From an uncultured bacterium (GTDB taxonomy: Bacteria > Acidobacteriota > Thermoanaerobaculia > Multivoradales > JAHZIX01): a DNA stretch of 64,000 nucleotides. A program made the translations under genes and the position numbers. The stretch spans positions 1-64,000 of the forward strand of contig CBDUPA010000002.1 in the NCBI GenBank assembly GCA_965368975.1, written 5' to 3'. Each line of letters opens with the position of its first letter. Position 1 is the first letter of the stretch. A model generated the notes under the pieces. That model saw only the letters and a list, made by a program, of their open reading frames with translations. It had not been told where the DNA came from and did not search any database. This document shows positions 61,701-64,000 of this stretch, piece after piece.

Positions 61701-64000
61701 GGTGACCGGCTCGTCGACCACGTCGGTGATGTAGCGGGCGGCGCCGTCGGAGAAGTCGCTGGCGCGCAGGTAGGAATGCCACTGGCGATGCAACAAGCGC
61801 ACCTTGACCTCGACGCCGGCCTGCAGCTCGTTGTCGGTGCCGACGGCGACGATCTGCGGCTCGATGGTCTCGGCGCGGCGTAGGAAGCGCGGCACCTTGA
61901 GACCGAGCACGAAGGGCGGCAGCGCGATGACGCGGCGGGTGGCGGTGACGGTCTGGTCGTCGGCACCGGTGACGGTGGCTTCGACGACGTAGCTACGCGG
62001 CTGGGCGCTGGCTTCGAGCGCCGGATTGAGGCGCAGCACGGCGGAGCCACTGTCGTCGGTGACGTCGGTCTGCTCGACGGCGGGGGTCGATTCGAAACGA
62101 CCATTGCGGCTGAAGCGGCCATCGGAGGAGAAGAGGAACCCTTCTTGCTGACGAGGATTCCAGGTGTAGGGAAATTGCGTCACACGCCAGTTCACCGGCT
62201 GGCCGGCGACGCGACCACCGGCGTAGTAACTGGCGGTCAGGCGGACATCGAACTCGCGATCCAACGGCACGCGCTCGTCGCTGTGCAGGGAGACTTCGAA
62301 GCGTGGGATGCGGTAGGCCTCCATGCGCCAGCTGACGTTGCCGTAGCGGTTCTGCTGCCGGGCATCCTCGACATAGGCGGTGTAGACACCGGTGGGCAGG
62401 TTATCCGCCGTGAAGCGACGGTAGAAGGAGCCCTCTTCGGTGGCTTCCAGCGGGTAGCGCCAGAGCAGGTCACCGGGGCCGTCGACCACCAGGTAGCCGC
62501 CGGTCAGGCGCTCGATCTTCAGCTGACCGGCGCCGCGCTGCCGCAGGTAACCTTTCAGGTGCACGGGCTCGTCCGGCCGGTAAACGGGACGCTCGGTGAA
62601 GAGGTGAGCCAGCAGCTGCGCCTGCGAGCCGCGGTTGCCCAGGTACTGCTGGGTCCATTGCAACCAGGTGAAACCGGTGTTCGACCACAGGCCATTGGCG
62701 TAGCCGTCCGGCGCCAGGCGCGGATCGAGCACCAGGTGGTCGTCGCCCTTGACGACGTTGAGGCGGGCGATCTGCACCGAGCGGCGCGGGTTCGGACCGG
62801 GAGCGTCATAGCGCGCCATGCCGGCGGCGTCCGTGGTGCCCTCGAAAACGGTCTGCCAGGACGATTCGCCGCGTTCGTTGATGATCGCTTCGACGCGCAC
62901 GCGCGCACCGGCTATTGGCGCTCCGGTGGAGAGTGAAGTGACGGCGAAACGGACGGCGTAGGGTTCCTCGACGGTGGTCACCGACAGGTCGGTGACCTGC
63001 ACGCGCATCCACGAGCGGGCGGACGAACCATCTAGCCGGCGCAGACCGACCAGGTAGGTGCCGGGGCGACCGGCACCGCCGAGACTGCGCAGATAGGGCT
63101 CGAGATCGAGACCGAAGCTGGCGGCGTCGCCCTGGCGTTCGAGTGGCAGCTGGACCAGCTCGGAAACCGGCGGGGCACCGAGGGAGCTCAGCTGCTCACG
63201 CAGGTGCTCGGGCCAGATCAGGCTTGGATCGGTGAAGGGTGCTGGCGCCTCTCCGGGACCCGGCGGGCGGGAATCTTCGTCGGTGACCACACCCTGTTCC
63301 GGGAAGGGCCAGAAGGAGCGATCGAGCGGATCGACCGGATAGATGCGCAGATCCAAGCGTTCGTCGCCACGACCTTCCACCGGCACCCGCTGCGGGCCGT
63401 GACGTTCGACCACGCCCTGGGCCACCGACCATCGCAGGTAGGGCGCGCGGCGTGGAAAGTAGAGGTAGACCTCGCTCGGACCGCGCAGGTCAAGCGGCCG
63501 ACCGGCCTGGTCTTCGAGCGGATAGGGCGTCAAGGTGACGCGGTAGGGGGTCTCGAAGCGGAAATCGCCGGTGACCACGAGCTGGCGGTGCTCGAGCTGG
63601 AAGTCGAGATTCTCGACCGACGGCTCGAAGCGCACGAGGTTACGGCCCTGCACAGCGCCCAGGTCGCTCGGCGGCGCCGAGAACTCGACCAGCACACGAC
63701 GCGCGCCGTTCCTTCCGGAACCCCGCCCGGAGCCGCCTCCGCACTCGACCGCCTGGTCTTCGGTATAGCGGCTGCCCGCGGGCGTGATCGGCAAGCGCTG
63801 CGCGTCGCAACCCAGGTGCGTGACGCGGAAGGGTTCGGCGGTGGCGAAGCTCAGTTCGTAGGAGCCTTCCGGCTGCACCTCCGTGCCTCCTCCCTCTCCG
63901 GACACGCGCCCCGCGTCAAGCATCAAACGCAGCCCGACGACGACGCGACGACCGGCAGGAATGGGGTTGCGCAGGGTCAGGACGTAGGTGGCCCGATCGG
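58701..64000 (-). CDS. Bacterial alpha-2-macroglobulin (5' end beyond the window)
   Basis: LFTERPVYRP, LVDQAVLAL, LPDNLT, thioester YPYGCTEQ, PAKAEMMY; frame is open to the window edge. Confidence 0.92.
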   Translation of the reverse strand, partial: DRATYVLTLRNPIPAGRRVVVGLRLMLDAGRVSGEGGGTEVQPEGSYELSFATAEPFRVTHLGCDAQRLPITPAGSRYTEDQAVECGGGSGRGSGRNGARRVLVEFSAPPSDLGAVQGRNLVRFEPSVENLDFQLEHRQLVVTGDFRFETPYRVTLTPYPLEDQAGRPLDLRGPSEVYLYFPRRAPYLRWSVAQGVVERHGPQRVPVEGRGDERLDLRIYPVDPLDRSFWPFPEQGVVTDEDSRPPGPGEAPAPFTDPSLIWPEHLREQLSSLGAPPVSELVQLPLERQGDAASFGLDLEPYLRSLGGAGRPGTYLVGLRRLDGSSARSWMRVQVTDLSVTTVEEPYAVRFAVTSLSTGAPIAGARVRVEAIINERGESSWQTVFEGTTDAAGMARYDAPGPNPRRSVQIARLNVVKGDDHLVLDPRLAPDGYANGLWSNTGFTWLQWTQQYLGNRGSQAQLLAHLFTERPVYRPDEPVHLKGYLRQRGAGQLKIERLTGGYLVVDGPGDLLWRYPLEATEEGSFYRRFTADNLPTGVYTAYVEDARQQNRYGNVSWRMEAYRIPRFEVSLHSDERVPLDREFDVRLTASYYAGGRVAGQPVNWRVTQFPYTWNPRQQEGFLFSSDGRFSRNGRFESTPAVEQTDVTDDSGSAVLRLNPALEASAQPRSYVVEATVTGADDQTVTATRRVIALPPFVLGLKVPRFLRRAETIEPQIVAVGTDNELQAGVEVKVRLLHRQWHSYLRASDFSDGAARYITDVVDEPVTEVTVTTGDAPVSVQLPITEAGVYIVEIEGHDRLGRAQVVSVDLYAGGDEPVTWQKAASDVFQISTDKAKYEPGDTATLVLQSPYQQGEALVVIEAPEGNEYRWLPVRSGQATLELPVLRTWVPRMPVHAVLMRGRVAGARPLPGQALDLGKPATVAATAWLQVEPVENRLDVDLDHPSKAQPGDTIEVTVQLSDAVGAPRAGEVTLWLVDQAVLALGREQRLDPLPDFISDVSTHLEFRDTRGMPFGHLPLVVLPGGGEGEEAKGILDRVTVRKNFQPVPYYEPRILVDASGSATVTVQLPDNLTNFKLRAKATSGPDRFGFATGHLEVRLPVIVQPALPRFVRPGDRFTAAAIGRVVEGEGGAGSAEVAVEGVTLESDANQSFQFEPNQPQRVEFDVTVPTPEGADFSQATLGEALFRVGVARDSDGAGDAFEVRLPIRTDRERVTDRLLQDLEVAQPTEVPGPSEAVRPGTLQRRILLSDQPGLVRMAAGLDFLRSYPYGCTEQRVSRARAYLATQRLRDVLQQRGDTATGEAELQRAVHDTLDWLPSVIDAQGRCAYWPGSRGSVHLTAWVVEFLIEAKEAGYEVDPGLYNQLLRTLEQALRSDYSGFISGEAWAERTFSLAALARAGRFDASYGAELARRSDFLGVEGVAGVSLAFGRAGEVDAPPVERLLGELWDGVVIRLFQGNEIYGGLQKAGSQRNGLILPSESRTLSEVVRSVSLLRAEDERLQVLINGLVTLGKGDGWGSTNANVAALLALSEVLEPPFAGAGTHTVALEVEGQEIPLRLSPEAPVQTHTLTTAAPATVTLGVDANSRQTNPVLLRAELSYVPAADGSQASAESSGFVVSRELLRISSGAGVPPERFSLETPGTKLDFTVGQVIEEHVQVVNPEERFYVAVVIPLAAGVEPLNPALATAPPEATPSGSLTLEPTYVAFLDDHVAYYYNTLPAGTYDFYFRTRATTQGSFIQPPAKAEMMYDEAVRGQSAGALIQVTREE

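Noticed and set aside
63926-64000. Start of alpha-2-macroglobulin at 63926, and apparent lack of pbpC
   Set aside because: Frame stays open to the window edge, so the true start and any partner gene lie outside

Overview
High-GC bacterial chromosomal window, probably Acidobacteriota (inferred from an ADOP-type duplicated ABC permease, an acidobacterial VWA protein and a TIGR02999-type ECF/kinase pair). Housekeeping content: two tRNA-Val genes, thrS, rpmI-rplT-pheS-pheT (infC is absent from its usual place), zapB-like/zapA/6S RNA/rny/ymdB, uvrA, folA, tandem thyX, cca, a split LKR/SDH saccharopine pathway, an NAD-linked formate dehydrogenase operon whose alpha subunit is a selenoprotein (in-frame TGA at 53731-53733 plus SECIS), and a truncated alpha-2-macroglobulin. 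The best candidate for an undescribed system is the block at 22560-31517. At its centre is a sigma54 enhancer-binding protein (FHA-like N-terminus, two HTHs) coupled to a membrane Ser/Thr kinase-TPR. On either side are two outward-pointing consensus sigma54 promoters, each preceded by a homologous ~52-bp block of ACCGTC-N-GACGGT palindromes. One promoter drives DUF2589/DUF2589/Zn-ribbon/Cys-rich secreted protein, the other drives a DUF1906 putative peptidoglycan hydrolase, and a DP-EP-like small protein lies between. No CRISPR array, integrase or transposase was seen. All family assignments are from motif recognition by eye, not database searches.
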